Below, one piece after another: positions 1 through 10,543 of a DNA stretch of 28,694 nt. The notes under the pieces are model-generated. The model did no database searches, was not told where the DNA came from, and saw only the letters and a program-made list of their open reading frames with translations. This stretch comes from Prasinococcaceae sp. CCMP 1430. Lineage: Eukaryota; Plantae; Prasinodermophyta. The DNA is taken from assembly GCA_013416795.1 (NCBI GenBank), contig RQSC01000196.1, positions 9,973 through 38,666 on the forward strand, written 5' to 3'. The translations under genes were made by a program, and so were the position numbers. The stretch's first letter is position 1. Every line of letters begins with the position of its first letter.

Positions 1-154
1 GGCGCCCCACGTGTCGGCGCTCGCGTCGGCGAGGCGCGGGCGCGCAATACAGCGCGTTGCCGGGCGTGCGCGCGCATGCGCGCACCGGCACGCACGCGCT
101 GACACAGACGCGCGCGCGCACACGCGCGCAACAAAACACGAATTCCAGGCGACG

Positions 155-805
155 ATGCGCCGCGCGCTCGAGGCGGGCATGTCGCGCGAGGACGTGGAGC
201 GCCTCTTGTTCTTCGAGGAGGCGCGCGAGAAGGCGGAGGACGAGTGGACCAAGGACCCCACGGACGCGCACGCGCTCACGCGGTGGGGCGGCTCGCTGCT
301 GGAGCTCGCGCACTTCCGTCAGGGCGCCGAGGCCGTCGAGATGATCGAGGAGGCGGTGAAGAAGTTCGAGGCGGCGCTGGCCATCAACCCGCGCAAGCAC
401 GACGCGCTGTGGTGCCTCGGCAACGCCCTCACCTCGCAGGGATTCCTCTTCCCCGCCGTGGAAAAGGCGCAGGAATTTTTCGACAAGGCCGCCGACTGCT
501 TCAAGAAGGCGCTCGCCGAGGAGCCCGAGAACGAGGTCTACCAGAAGGCGCTGCAGATGACCGACCGCGCGCCGGGGCTCCACGCCGAGCTGCAGAGGCA
601 GCTCGCGCAGCAGCAGCAGGCGCAGCCGGCGGGCGCCGCAGGCGGCGGTGGCGCCGCCGGCGGTGGCGGTGCGCGCGACGGCGAGGCCGCGGCAGCGGCG
701 GCTGCCGAGCGTGCCTTCTACGACTGGGTGGGCTGGGGCGTGCTGCTGGCGGGCGCCGCCGCGTACGCGCTCGCCGTCAACACGCTGCCGCCCCCGCGCA
801 TGTGA
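155..805 (+). CDS. TOM20: Plant-type mitochondrial import receptor TOM20 (TPR domain plus C-terminal tail anchor)
   Basis: ATG at 155 to TGA at 803-805. Contains ERLLFFEEAR..DAHALTRWGGSLLELAHF..ALAINPRKHDALWCLGNALTSQGFLFP, typical of plant/green-algal TOM20, and a C-terminal TM anchor YDWVGWGVLLAGAAAY. Bases 1-148 resemble an intron end (GCTGAC 98-103, ttccAG at 148). Confidence 0.9.
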   Translation: MRRALEAGMSREDVERLLFFEEAREKAEDEWTKDPTDAHALTRWGGSLLELAHFRQGAEAVEMIEEAVKKFEAALAINPRKHDALWCLGNALTSQGFLFPAVEKAQEFFDKAADCFKKALAEEPENEVYQKALQMTDRAPGLHAELQRQLAQQQQAQPAGAAGGGGAAGGGGARDGEAAAAAAAERAFYDWVGWGVLLAGAAAYALAVNTLPPPRM

Positions 806-1060
806 GCTGCACCTGAGGCGCTTGCCCCCACCGCCCCTACCACCAAGTAACGACGACCGGTGCGGGTAGCCCCGTGGCGTGAGGATGGCGTGAGTGCGCG
901 CCGCGTGTTTGCGCGTTCGTCTATGCGTCTGTGTGCGCGCGCGCATTTTTTGCGAGGCCCCGGAGTTGCGCTTAGAATGACACAACGCGCCACAGGCGTG
1001 GCCGCCCCGTCCGGGCTATTTTACATCGAGCTCCGCGCGTGAGTGAGTCCGGCAGCCACT

Positions 1061-4000
1061 TCAGGCGCGCCTCGGAGCGGTGCCCCTCGCGGCGCCCGCG
1101 GCGGCGCCCGCCGCCGCGGCGCCCATCTGCGCTGCGACCCGCTGCTGCTCCTTCTTGCGCTGCGTGCTGCGGTACCAGTACCACGCGCCCACCGCGGGCA
1201 GCCCCATGCCCGAGCCCATGATGACGATGCCGCCGACGCCGTACACGAGCGCCTTGATCAGGAACCTCGACCCCTGTTGGAACGTGGGCAACGCCATGTA
1301 GGCGTCTCGGTATCCCGCCCAGAGGAGGCGCGGCGCGAACAGCGCCATGCAGAGCCTGTCCCACAGCAAAGAGCCGCCAATGGACAGCACGATCATGCCG
1401 ATGATCTTCTGCTTGAAGAGCAGATCGGGCATGGGGTACAGGTCGAGCTTGGTGTTGATCCAAGGCACGACCTCGAACGCGCACAGCAGCGTGCCCGCCG
1501 CGCACGCGGCAAGCGAGTACATCATGGGCCAGTTCTCGGTGGACGCCGCCATGAAGGGCCGCCCCTTGTAATTCACGGCCATGACCGCGACCTGCTGCGC
1601 CGTCTCGATGAGGAAGACCACCGTGCTCAGGAGGGTGGGTGTGAAGGGCGTCAGGATCGGGATCTCCCCGCCGTTCTCGGCGGCGGCGAGCTCCTTGAGC
1701 CGTTCCGCCTCCCGCTCCTCGCGCTTGAGCTCGGCGGCGGTCATGATCTTCACGTCGGCCATGCTGGCAACCTCGTCGGGCACGTAGTCCTTGGCGAGCT
1801 GGATGGCCCACACCATGCACGCAAGGTGGATGAGGAGCTGGCCGATCACCGAGACGAAGTTGGCGGGGTGGAACACGGACTGCAGCGGCTTGACCGGCGA
1901 GAGCTTCTCCACCGGCCGCGCGTAGCTGAACGCGATGGACGCAACCATCAGAAGGATGCCGCTACCGATCATCTGCGCCTCCGAGGAGCGCACGCCGTCG
2001 AGGTAGAGCGCGGAAAGCGAATACGCGGTGATGAGGCTTCCAGAGCGCACGCGTGCGCACACGTGCGCGCAGCGCGCGCGGGCACACTCGTGTCAGCGCG
2101 CGCGCGCGGGGGCACGCGGCGGTCGCCCCAGGCGCGTCCACACACGTCATCGCGCGCGCGCGCGCATGCACGCACCAGTTGAGGAACAGGACCTGCTGCA
2201 TCTGCACCGTCGACACGAGCGTGCAGCGCCCCTGCCTGATGATGTCCACCGTCGACGTGATGCTCGGCAGTTTCGAGGTGAAAGGGGCCGCCACGCTCGC
2301 ATCGCCGAGCTTCACCATGGGCACCTCGCCCTCGGCATCCTCCGAGAGCATGGCGGCCTGCGAGGCGAGGCCGCCGGCGCCGCCGCCACCGTACTTCGCG
2401 CGGCGCGCAGCAACGCGGCGCTTCTGCTCTGTCTGCAGCCTCGCCAGAGATGACTTCATAGCGGTCCAGGCCGCCCACTGGTTTCCCTTGGCCTCCTCCT
2501 TCTGCAGCTCCTCGGCGTACCACGTCTTCTGCAGCTCCGCCAGGTCCTTCTTGTCCTTGTCCGACTCGATGCGCATCTTGATCGCACGATCCCTTGCCTT
2601 CGCCTGCAATTCCATCGCCCGCGCCTTGCGTTCCTCGGGGGTCATCTGCTCCGGTGGCTTTTCACCAGCCTTCAGTGTGTTCACCCCCGCGAAGCCCGAG
2701 AGCAGCGCCACGCCCACATGCGCCTGCTTGAGCGCGCCGACGTCGTTCGCACCGTCGCCGCACATGAGCGTGTGAAGCCCGCGCTCCTTCATTGCGCGCA
2801 GAACGGCTTCCTTGTCCTCGGGCGCCATGCGGGCATACACGCGCACGTGCTGCACGGCGGCCAGCGTCCTCTCGTCGTGCGCCACCGCCGCGCGAAACGA
2901 CTCGCCCGTCATACACAGATCGTAGCCATCGGCGGCGAGGCGCGCCATCGCAGTGGCGTCGTACGTGATGGGCACGATGTTGGAGGAGCCACTGCTGCTC
3001 GCAGCGCCCTCACCGTCCTCGTGCGACGCCACAGTCGATGCGGCGGACACCCACTCGAGCTTGTCCTCGCCGCGAGTGGCGAGGATGAGCGCCTTCGACG
3101 CGTCCGTGCCAGTGATGGAGGTCGCGCGCGCGACGTGCAGGCCGGTGAGGGCGTTGTCACCGGTCGCCATGATGACCGAGTGCGCGCCGTTCCGCAGGTT
3201 CCCGATGACGGCGTTGCTGTCGCGGCGCACGGGGCACTCGAACGCGACGAGGCCGGCGCACGACAGGTCCGTCTCGACGTCCTCGCGCGCGAGCGCCGGC
3301 CCCTTCCCAGCGGCGGCGGCCGCCGCGCTCGCCGCGCTCGCATCGTCGAGCACGCGGTACGCGAGGCCCAGCACGCGCATGCCCTCGATGGCCAGGTTCC
3401 CGTACGCACCCACGTAGCCCTGCGGCACCGAGCCGGCCGCGAGGAGTTTCTGCACCGCCTCGGGACTGCCCTTGGTGAGGACCCACGTTTGCTCTGCGCC
3501 GCCAGACTTCTTGACCTTTGCAACCACGCTCATGCGCTGCAGCTTGGAGCTGAAGGGATAGCGGTGCAGAATGGTCACGCGCGCGCCCTTGGTGGCGACG
3601 GGCGTGAGACTGGACTCCGCCCTGGGCGAGGCGACGCTGGCGGAGGCATCAAAGCGCCAGCCGATACCCTTGAGCGCTGACGTCTCAATAGGATCGCCAA
3701 CGGTCTTTCCCGCGACCTCGGCGAGCGCATGGCAGCCACCGAGCACCACCCCCGCCTCCAGCGAGCACGAGGCGGCCACGTCCTTCTCGAGCACGCCCAC
3801 CTTGCCACCCTTGACCGGCGAGACGCCCGCGAGCACGAGGTGGTCGGTGGTGATGGTGCCAGTCTTGTCGAAGAGGCACGCGTCGACGCGGCCGCCGTAC
3901 GGGATGCGAAAAGGCTCCGTGCAGAAGATCTGCGCCTTCATCAGCGTCATGAGCGCCGTGTTGACCGCCATGGCCGTCTGGAGCGGCAGCTCGGGTGGCA

Positions 4001-5821
4001 CCACGCGCGTGACAATCAGCACGCAACGCAGCACGAGCTCGTACTGCGAGCGCTTTCCGGCCTTGAGGCCCTCGCGCATGACGTTGGCGGCCGCGACGAG
4101 CGCGAAGAGAAGCAGCAGCGCGAGCAGCGCGAGTGTTTCCTTGGTGTCGCTCTGCACCTTCTCCGAGCTGTACTCGATCATGCGGATGAGGCGACCCTGG
4201 CTCGACAGGAAGCCCGTGCGAAGCGCGACGCAGAGGCAGCCGCCATTCGGGGCGCGGACGCCGCCTCGCGAGGCTGCACCGCTCGTGGCGCGCGCCTGCA
4301 TGAGCGTGGTGCCGCTGAAGAGCACGTGCGCCTTGTGCGCGCCGTCGACCGAGAGCGCCTCCTTGGCCGCGGCGCCCTCGGATGGCGCCGCGTCCTTCAC
4401 CAGCGGGGTCGACTCGCCCGTCAGCGACGCTTCGTTGACGACCGCCGAGCCGCTGATGATGAGGGCGTCGCACGGGATCGTGGGTTCCGCGGCGGGCTTC
4501 TTGGCGCCCGTGCCGTCGGCGGCGCTCCCTCCCGCGGGGTCCCCGCCCCCGCAGCTCAATTCGAAGACATCCCCGGGGAGCAGCGCATCGGTGCTGAGCT
4601 CGACCCAACTGCCCTCGCGGTACACCCTGACGGTGTCGCTCTTGTTGCTCATGCCGCGGAGCGTGCTCAGATTCTTCTGCCTCCCGAAGACAGTGCTCGC
4701 CTCGAAGCTGAGGATGGAGAACATGTTGAAGAGCGCGTACTTGGGATACTCGTCCAGCAGCCACAGGCTCGCGCAAAAGATCTGGAAGACGGGCACCGGC
4801 CCCATGATCTGCTCCTTGTACAGCTCGACGAAGGAAGGGGTAGGAATGTTGAGGCTATTGTCGCCATAGCGCTCGAGGGCGACCTCGGCCTGGCGCGCAG
4901 TGCTGAGCCCCTTGCTGGCATGGTACTCCTCGAGGCGCCCGTCGGTGGGGCAGACCACCTCGGTCACCACGGTGCCACCCTCCACGACCAGGAACTTCTG
5001 CCGGTGGAAGACAAAGAAGAGCGTCTCCTCGCCGTCAACCAGGGCGCGCTGCAGCGGGACGAGCTCGGGCTTGCCCTGGTGAAGGTGCGGCTCCACGTGC
5101 GCGTGGCAGCCCGCCTCGAGCGCGCGAACCTCCGAGAATTGGACGAGCGCGCGGAAGCGCACGCTCCAGCGCTGCGCGAAGAAGAGCAGCGCATGCGCGA
5201 TGGCCACCACCATCGCGAAGAGCACCGACCAGAACGAGGGCATGAGCGGATTGGGGAGCGGCACCTCGGAGGCACGCATGAGTGTCTCGAGGTCGTACTC
5301 GCCTTCCTCGCCTTCGGCGAGCTCGCCCTCGGCGACGAGCGCGACATCCTCGAGGCCGTCGTCGTCGTCGTCGTCGCCGCCGGCCACACCGAACGCGGGG
5401 CCGTCGTACTCGGGCATGTTCCACTCGTCCATCGTGTCGGTCTCGGCCGCGTGCCTGGCTGCGGCTGCGGCGATGCGCGAGCGCTCCGGCACCGCATCGC
5501 GCGCGAGCTCGTGGTGGCGCAGCGCGGCGCGGTAGGGGTCGCCCGAGGTGGAGAGCGCCCAGCGCAGGGCGTACGCGTAGAGCAACACGAATGGCGCGTG
5601 CTCCAAGCGCAGCGAGCGACGCTTGTGCGCCGTCACGCGCTGCGCGTGAGCGATCCGGCGTGGTTGAACGGGGTGTGGGGTGTGGACGTGTGGCAGGCCG
5701 GTCAGCGCGTTGGCACGAGGGCCGCAGCCGCGGCGACGCGCACGCAAAGACGCCTGCAGCAGGGAGCACGCCGGGCGGAGCAGGATGCGCGCTCGCGCAG
5801 CCTACGCATGCAACTGCCCAT
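1061..5821 (-). CDS. P5A-type ATPase (Spf1/ATP13A1/PDR2 family, ER transmembrane-helix dislocase); 3 exons: 5821-5744, 5639-2176, 2036-1061
   Basis: Motifs LTGES, PPELP (P5A signature), CLFDKTGT, TKGSPE, TGDN, MCGDGANDVGALKQAHVG, LGDASVAAPFTSK and RQGRCTLV. Removing intron 2175-2037 (GTGCGT..GCTGAC..GAAG) restores the conserved LNCLITAYSLSALYLDG. The first exon and intron 5743-5640 are less certain. Confidence 0.93.
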
Positions 5822-5974
5822 AGAAGGCTGCCAGAGCCGTCGCGTCGGCGCAGGCGCGCGGCGCGGGGGTTTGGGCGGCGGCTCCCGGGCGCCCCGCCCG
5901 CCCACCCCCCGCGAACGCGCCCACCCCGCCGCCCGCGCGCCGTGTGGGCCGCCGCCGGCAGCGCCCGCGCCCTG

Positions 5975-6320
5975 CCCTAAAATCACCAACCCTAAATGTT
6001 AAAACCTCAAACAAATGTTCTCAAACCTAAACCTCAGGGCGTGCCCGTCCGCCGCCATTCGAAGGCTCTGGAAGCTGGCGTCGGTGCCGCGCGCTCCGCG
6101 GGGCTTTCTTCGTATATTACCTTTCTGTTCATCACCACGCGTTTCAAAACCGCCTATGTCAGAATGCCTGAAAGAGTCGGGTTCTGAAATAGTACCGCGT
6201 AAAGTATCCTCAGTTGGTCATGCAATGAGCGTAAAACACGGCAATGCGAGGATTGGAGAGGGTACGATGTGATATGAGGTATGTCATATTGGTGGGAGTG
6301 AAGTCGAGGTGTGTTTTGAT
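5975..6320. promoter_or_regulatory. AT-richer island between divergent P5A ATPase and HOP genes; probable bidirectional promoter with CCCTAAA (telo-box-like) motifs
   Basis: Sharp drop in GC content. CCCTAAA at 5975-5981 and AACCCTAAA at 5988-5996, with degenerate AAACCTCAAA and AAACCTAAACC copies up to ~6035. Confidence 0.5.
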
Positions 6321-6369
6321 GGCGGCGGGTCGCCACAGCGCGCGTGAGGGGCGTCTCGCCCTCCTCGCC

Positions 6370-6370
<1 letters not shown>

Positions 6371-6420
<50 letters not shown>
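6371..6420. repeat. Poly-C homopolymer (50 nt)
   Basis: Seen directly in the sequence. Confidence 0.95.
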
Positions 6421-6746
6421 ACCTGCCCTCCCACGCACAGACGCGCACACTGTGCGCACTCGCGCGCGCTCGCCCTCGCGGGTGCGACCCAGCGCACACC
6501 TGAAGCCGCGTGCCTTTTGCGCGCCGCCCGGGGCGAGCGCGGTGGCGATCGGGGCGCTGCGGGCGATCGAAGCGTCACGCGCACCGGCTCGCGCTCGGGG
6601 GTCGTCGTGGCAATCGTTGCTCACACCGATGCGCCCTCCGACACCCCTCTCGCCTCGCGCGTGCGCGTGCGTGCCGCCCTGCGCGGCCGCTCTCGCTTGC
6701 GGTCCCCCTCCTCCCTCTCTCGCGCGCGACTGCGCGCGCGCCGCAG

Positions 6747-8420
6747 GCGATCGCCCTGGACGGGTCGAATCACGTCTTCTACAGCAACCGCTCCGCGTGC
6801 TACGCCTCGCTGGGCAAGTTCGAGGAGGCGCTCGAGGACGGCCAGAGCTGCGTCAACATCAAGCCCGACTGGGCCAAGGGCTACGCGCGCAAGGGCGCCG
6901 CGCTGCACGGCCTGAAGCGCTACAACGATGCGCTTGCGGCGTACGAGGCGGGCCTCGCCATCGACGCCGACAGCGCCATGCTCAAGAGCGGCCTGGAGGA
7001 GGTCAAGCGCGCCAAGGAAGGGCCCTCGTTCGGCGGTGGCGCGGGCGGCCTGGGCGGGCTCTTCTCCTCGCCCGACATCTGGGGCAAACTGGCGACGAAC
7101 CCGCAGACGCGCGACCTCCTGCAGCAGCCTGACTTCGTTGCCAAGCTCCAGGCCATCCAGCAGAACCCAGCGGCCGCGGAGCAGCATCTCAACGACCCGC
7201 GCATCATGCAGGCGCTGGGCGTGGCCATGGGGGCCAACGTCATGAGCGGCGACCAGTTTCGCGACTCGATGGGCTCCGATCCAGAGGCCGCGGCCGCCGC
7301 GGAGGCGAAGCGCAAGGAAGAGGCCGAGAAGCGCAAGGAGGCGGAGGAGCAGGCCTCCAAGCGGAAAGCGGAGGAGGAGGCCGCCGCCGCGGAGGCCGCG
7401 CTGAGTCCCGACCAGAAGGCCAAACGCGCGCGCGCCGAGGAGGCGGAGGCAATCAAGGCGGAGGGCAACGCGCTCTACAAGTCGAAGCAGTTCGATGAGG
7501 CGCTCGAGAAGTACGCCAAGGCGTACGAGACGGACAATGAGAACATCACGTACCTCAACAACACGGCCGCAGTGTACTACGAGATGGGCAACTTCGAAAA
7601 GTGCCGCGAGACGTGCGACGCTGCCGTGGAGCGCGGTCGCGAGCTTCGCGCTGACTACAAACTGGTCGCAAAGGCGTTCGCGCGCAAGGGCAACGCGTTC
7701 AAGGCCGAGAACAAGCTCGAGGATGCGGTCGAGTGCTACCAGAAGTCGCTTACCGAGCACCGCACCGCGGACACGCTCAAGCGGCTCAACGACACCGAGA
7801 AGGCGATCAAGACGCGCGACGAGACCGCCTACCTGGACGACGACAAGGCGGAGGAGGCGCGCCAGCTTGGCAACGACGCCTTCAAGCGCCAGGACTATCC
7901 CGAGGCCGTCAAGCACTACACGGAGTCGATCAAGCGCAACCCGAAAGACCACCGCGTGTACTCGAACCGCGCGGCGTCGTACACCAAGCTCACCGCGCTC
8001 ACCGAGGCCCTCAAGGATGCGGAGAAGTGCATTGAGCTCGATCCCACTTTCGCCAAGGGCTACACGCGGAAGGCAACCGTCCAGTTCTTCATGAAGGAGT
8101 ACTCGAAGGCCATGGCGACGTATGAGGCGCTGCTCAAGGTGGACCCGCAGAACGCCGAGGCGCAGGACGGCCTCCGCCGCTGCGTGGACGCCATCAACCG
8201 CGGTAACCGTGGCGAGATGTCCGAGGCCGAGATGAAGGAGCGCCAAGAGAAGGCCATGGCTGACCCCGAGATCCAGGGCATATTGCAGGACCCCATCATG
8301 CGCCAGGTGCTCAACGACTTCCAGACGAACCCGAAGGCGGCGGCCGAGCACCAGCGCAACCCGGGCGTCATGGCCAAGATCCAGAAGCTCGTCGCCGCGG
8401 GCATCGTGCAGATGCGGTAG
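6747..8420 (+). CDS. STI1: Hsp70-Hsp90 organizing protein HOP/STI1 (TPR1-DP1-TPR2A-TPR2B-DP2); main exon only, first exon not found
   Basis: After acceptor ccgcAG (6746) the exon reads AIALDGSNHVFYSNRSACY..KPDWAKGYARKG, DP1 (HLNDPRIMQAL), KAEGNALYK, YQKSLTEHRT, YSNRAASYTKL and DP2 (DPEIQGILQDPIMRQVL..KLVAAGIV). TAG at 8418-8420. Confidence 0.95.
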   Translation, partial: AIALDGSNHVFYSNRSACYASLGKFEEALEDGQSCVNIKPDWAKGYARKGAALHGLKRYNDALAAYEAGLAIDADSAMLKSGLEEVKRAKEGPSFGGGAGGLGGLFSSPDIWGKLATNPQTRDLLQQPDFVAKLQAIQQNPAAAEQHLNDPRIMQALGVAMGANVMSGDQFRDSMGSDPEAAAAAEAKRKEEAEKRKEAEEQASKRKAEEEAAAAEAALSPDQKAKRARAEEAEAIKAEGNALYKSKQFDEALEKYAKAYETDNENITYLNNTAAVYYEMGNFEKCRETCDAAVERGRELRADYKLVAKAFARKGNAFKAENKLEDAVECYQKSLTEHRTADTLKRLNDTEKAIKTRDETAYLDDDKAEEARQLGNDAFKRQDYPEAVKHYTESIKRNPKDHRVYSNRAASYTKLTALTEALKDAEKCIELDPTFAKGYTRKATVQFFMKEYSKAMATYEALLKVDPQNAEAQDGLRRCVDAINRGNRGEMSEAEMKERQEKAMADPEIQGILQDPIMRQVLNDFQTNPKAAAEHQRNPGVMAKIQKLVAAGIVQMR

Positions 8421-8588
8421 CTCCCGAGCGAGGGGGTGCGGCGGCGGCAGCGGCAACAGGCTCGGTAATATGTATGGTTATGCGCGTGGGCGCGGCGAGG
8501 CACAACGCCGCGGCAAGCATCGGAGAGCGCGGCGATCGATTCACATCGGCCTACCGCTATATGGCCCGGTCGCATCAGCACAGCGCGC

Positions 8589-10543
8589 TCATTTCTCGAC
8601 GTCCCTGCCCACGGCGTCGCCACGCCGCACCCGTTGCTGCATCAGCGCTTGCACGGCTGGGGGAAAGTGGTCCGGCACCATCGAGTTGTCCACGACCAGG
8701 TGGTCCACACCAATCTCGCCGGAGTGGTGGAACATCTCGCCAAAGTCGAGGTACCTTGAAACGCGCGGTCCCATCGATGTTGAGGCCGCACGCGCGCGCG
8801 CGCGCGCGTTCGGAGCGTCAGCGCGGCCTCAGGCCGAGGGCGTTGGCGCGTTGAGGCGCAAGACAGCAGGGGCGCGCGCACGCACCACTTGACCTCAAAG
8901 GCGTTCCCCGAGGGATCCGTCAGGAACTGGGACAAACAGCTGTCGGGGTCGGAGGGAAAGAGCATGTTGTGTGGATCGATGTGATTGAACGGAGGCGCTC
9001 GGCCCGTCCGTGCCAAACACCAGAGATCCTCGACCGGTAGGCCGTGCTGAGCCATCGCCGTGTCCACACGGCTCCGGATGAGGTCGAAATTGATGAACGA
9101 CGTGTTCGGGCCAAAGTGCGGCATCGGCACCACCCCTTTGTTCGCCCCCATGTCGTGCGCCGAGTCGGTGGCCTTGTTTTCTCGCAAGGCCGGCGGCACA
9201 TACGTTCTGTTCGACCGCATACAGAGGAAGTGGCCGCACCATTCGCACTGAAGCCGGCTCGCGCCGTCCACTGCATCCTCGGAGAGCAGCTTCGCGCCCA
9301 GAGTATCGGTGTAGAAGTGCTTCGTGACGCGCAGCTGGTCCTTCTCAAGCTCGCGGGTCATAGCGGTCGTGATGGGCCGCCTGATTGAACGCGTGTCCTC
9401 TGCCAAGCTCGGTGACTGCCGGAACTCGAAACAAAACACAAATGGCACTGCTGGGTGTCTAGCCGTGTATTCGTCCCCGACGAGCGGCGAGACGAAGAGA
9501 ATCAGCGGCCAGCCATCGGGATCGCGGAAGCAGACGGCGCGGTCCGCCACGCCGCCGCCAAGCGCACCAGCGGCGCCCTTGACGTCCATCCACCGGAGCC
9601 CGGGTGACTTGGCGGCTGCGCGCTCCATCTGCTTGGCAAAGAAGGTGGGCTCGAGCACCACTCCGAAGCACGGGTACGGTATTTCGTCCAGTGAGATGGT
9701 GCCCGCCGCGCGCGGCAGCGCCCCTGCCAGTGCGCGCTCGGCCCCATCGGCGGGCGGTGTCAGCTCAGGCGGGCAGCGCTTCTTGTCAGCCCACGGCCCA
9801 TGGCCCGCCCTCCCGATCGGGGTATCCTCCTTGTGAAAGACGATGAACGAAGCGAAGGCGCCGTAGCTCGCCCACGCGGAGCCGTATGTGTCCTCCTCTT
9901 CCCCCGCGTGTGCCCGGTCCACGGTCTTGTAGAGGGGCCATCCCAAGACGCCGTTGTAAAAGGCAACGTTGGCCGGAATGTCGGCCGTCTCCAGGGCGAG
10001 GTGGCACGTCGCGAACCCGAGCTCGTTTTGCACGCACCCGTTGCTGCTCATGTACCTCCTCAGGAGAGCCTGCCGCCGCGGCCCCGCGTGAATTTGGTCC
10101 GGATTCATGCCCAGCGTCTTGCTGAACATGTTGAAGGCCTCGTCGCGGGTGAGCGAGGCCTCGTCGGCATCGACGTTGAAGGCCTCCACCAGCTGTTTGG
10201 CCTCCTCGAGGTCCGGGTCCAGTCCCACCTTCGCCATTGAGGCGTGCAATTCCTCGGCCGTTATTTTGCCGTCCCGATCTCGATCAATGAGCTGAAACAG
10301 CTCGTCCAACTGGCCCTGGTTGGTCTTCATCTCCCAGTCGATCACGACTCCCCCGCCGTCGCGGACCTCGCCATGCGACGTGGCCGCGAGCAGGCGAGCG
10401 ACGGAGGTCGACCAGAGCCGCCCGTCGCGGGTGACGGACGTGGCCGAACAGAGTACCACGCCTTGCTCATCGTCGTCGGCCGCTGCCGGATTGAAGCTGG
10501 CGATGGCGGCCCATGTCTTGACGCCGTGGCTCATCTTGGCCGC
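8589..10543 (-). CDS. In-frame continuation: rest of the degenerate PCS-like repeat, EF-hand pair and two tandem VOC/glyoxalase domains (COG3565-like); exons 10543-8886 and 8754-8589
   Basis: Canonical EF loop DRDRDGKITAEE. VOC1 has CHLALETADIPANVAFYNGVLG..PYPCFGVVL..FRDPDG; VOC2 has HFYTDTLG..GH..VPMPHFG..FLTDPSGNAFEVK. Removing intron 8885-8755 (GTGCGT..GCTGAC..TCAAG) gives DPSGNAFEVKWYLDFGEMF. TGA at 8589-8591. Confidence 0.8.
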
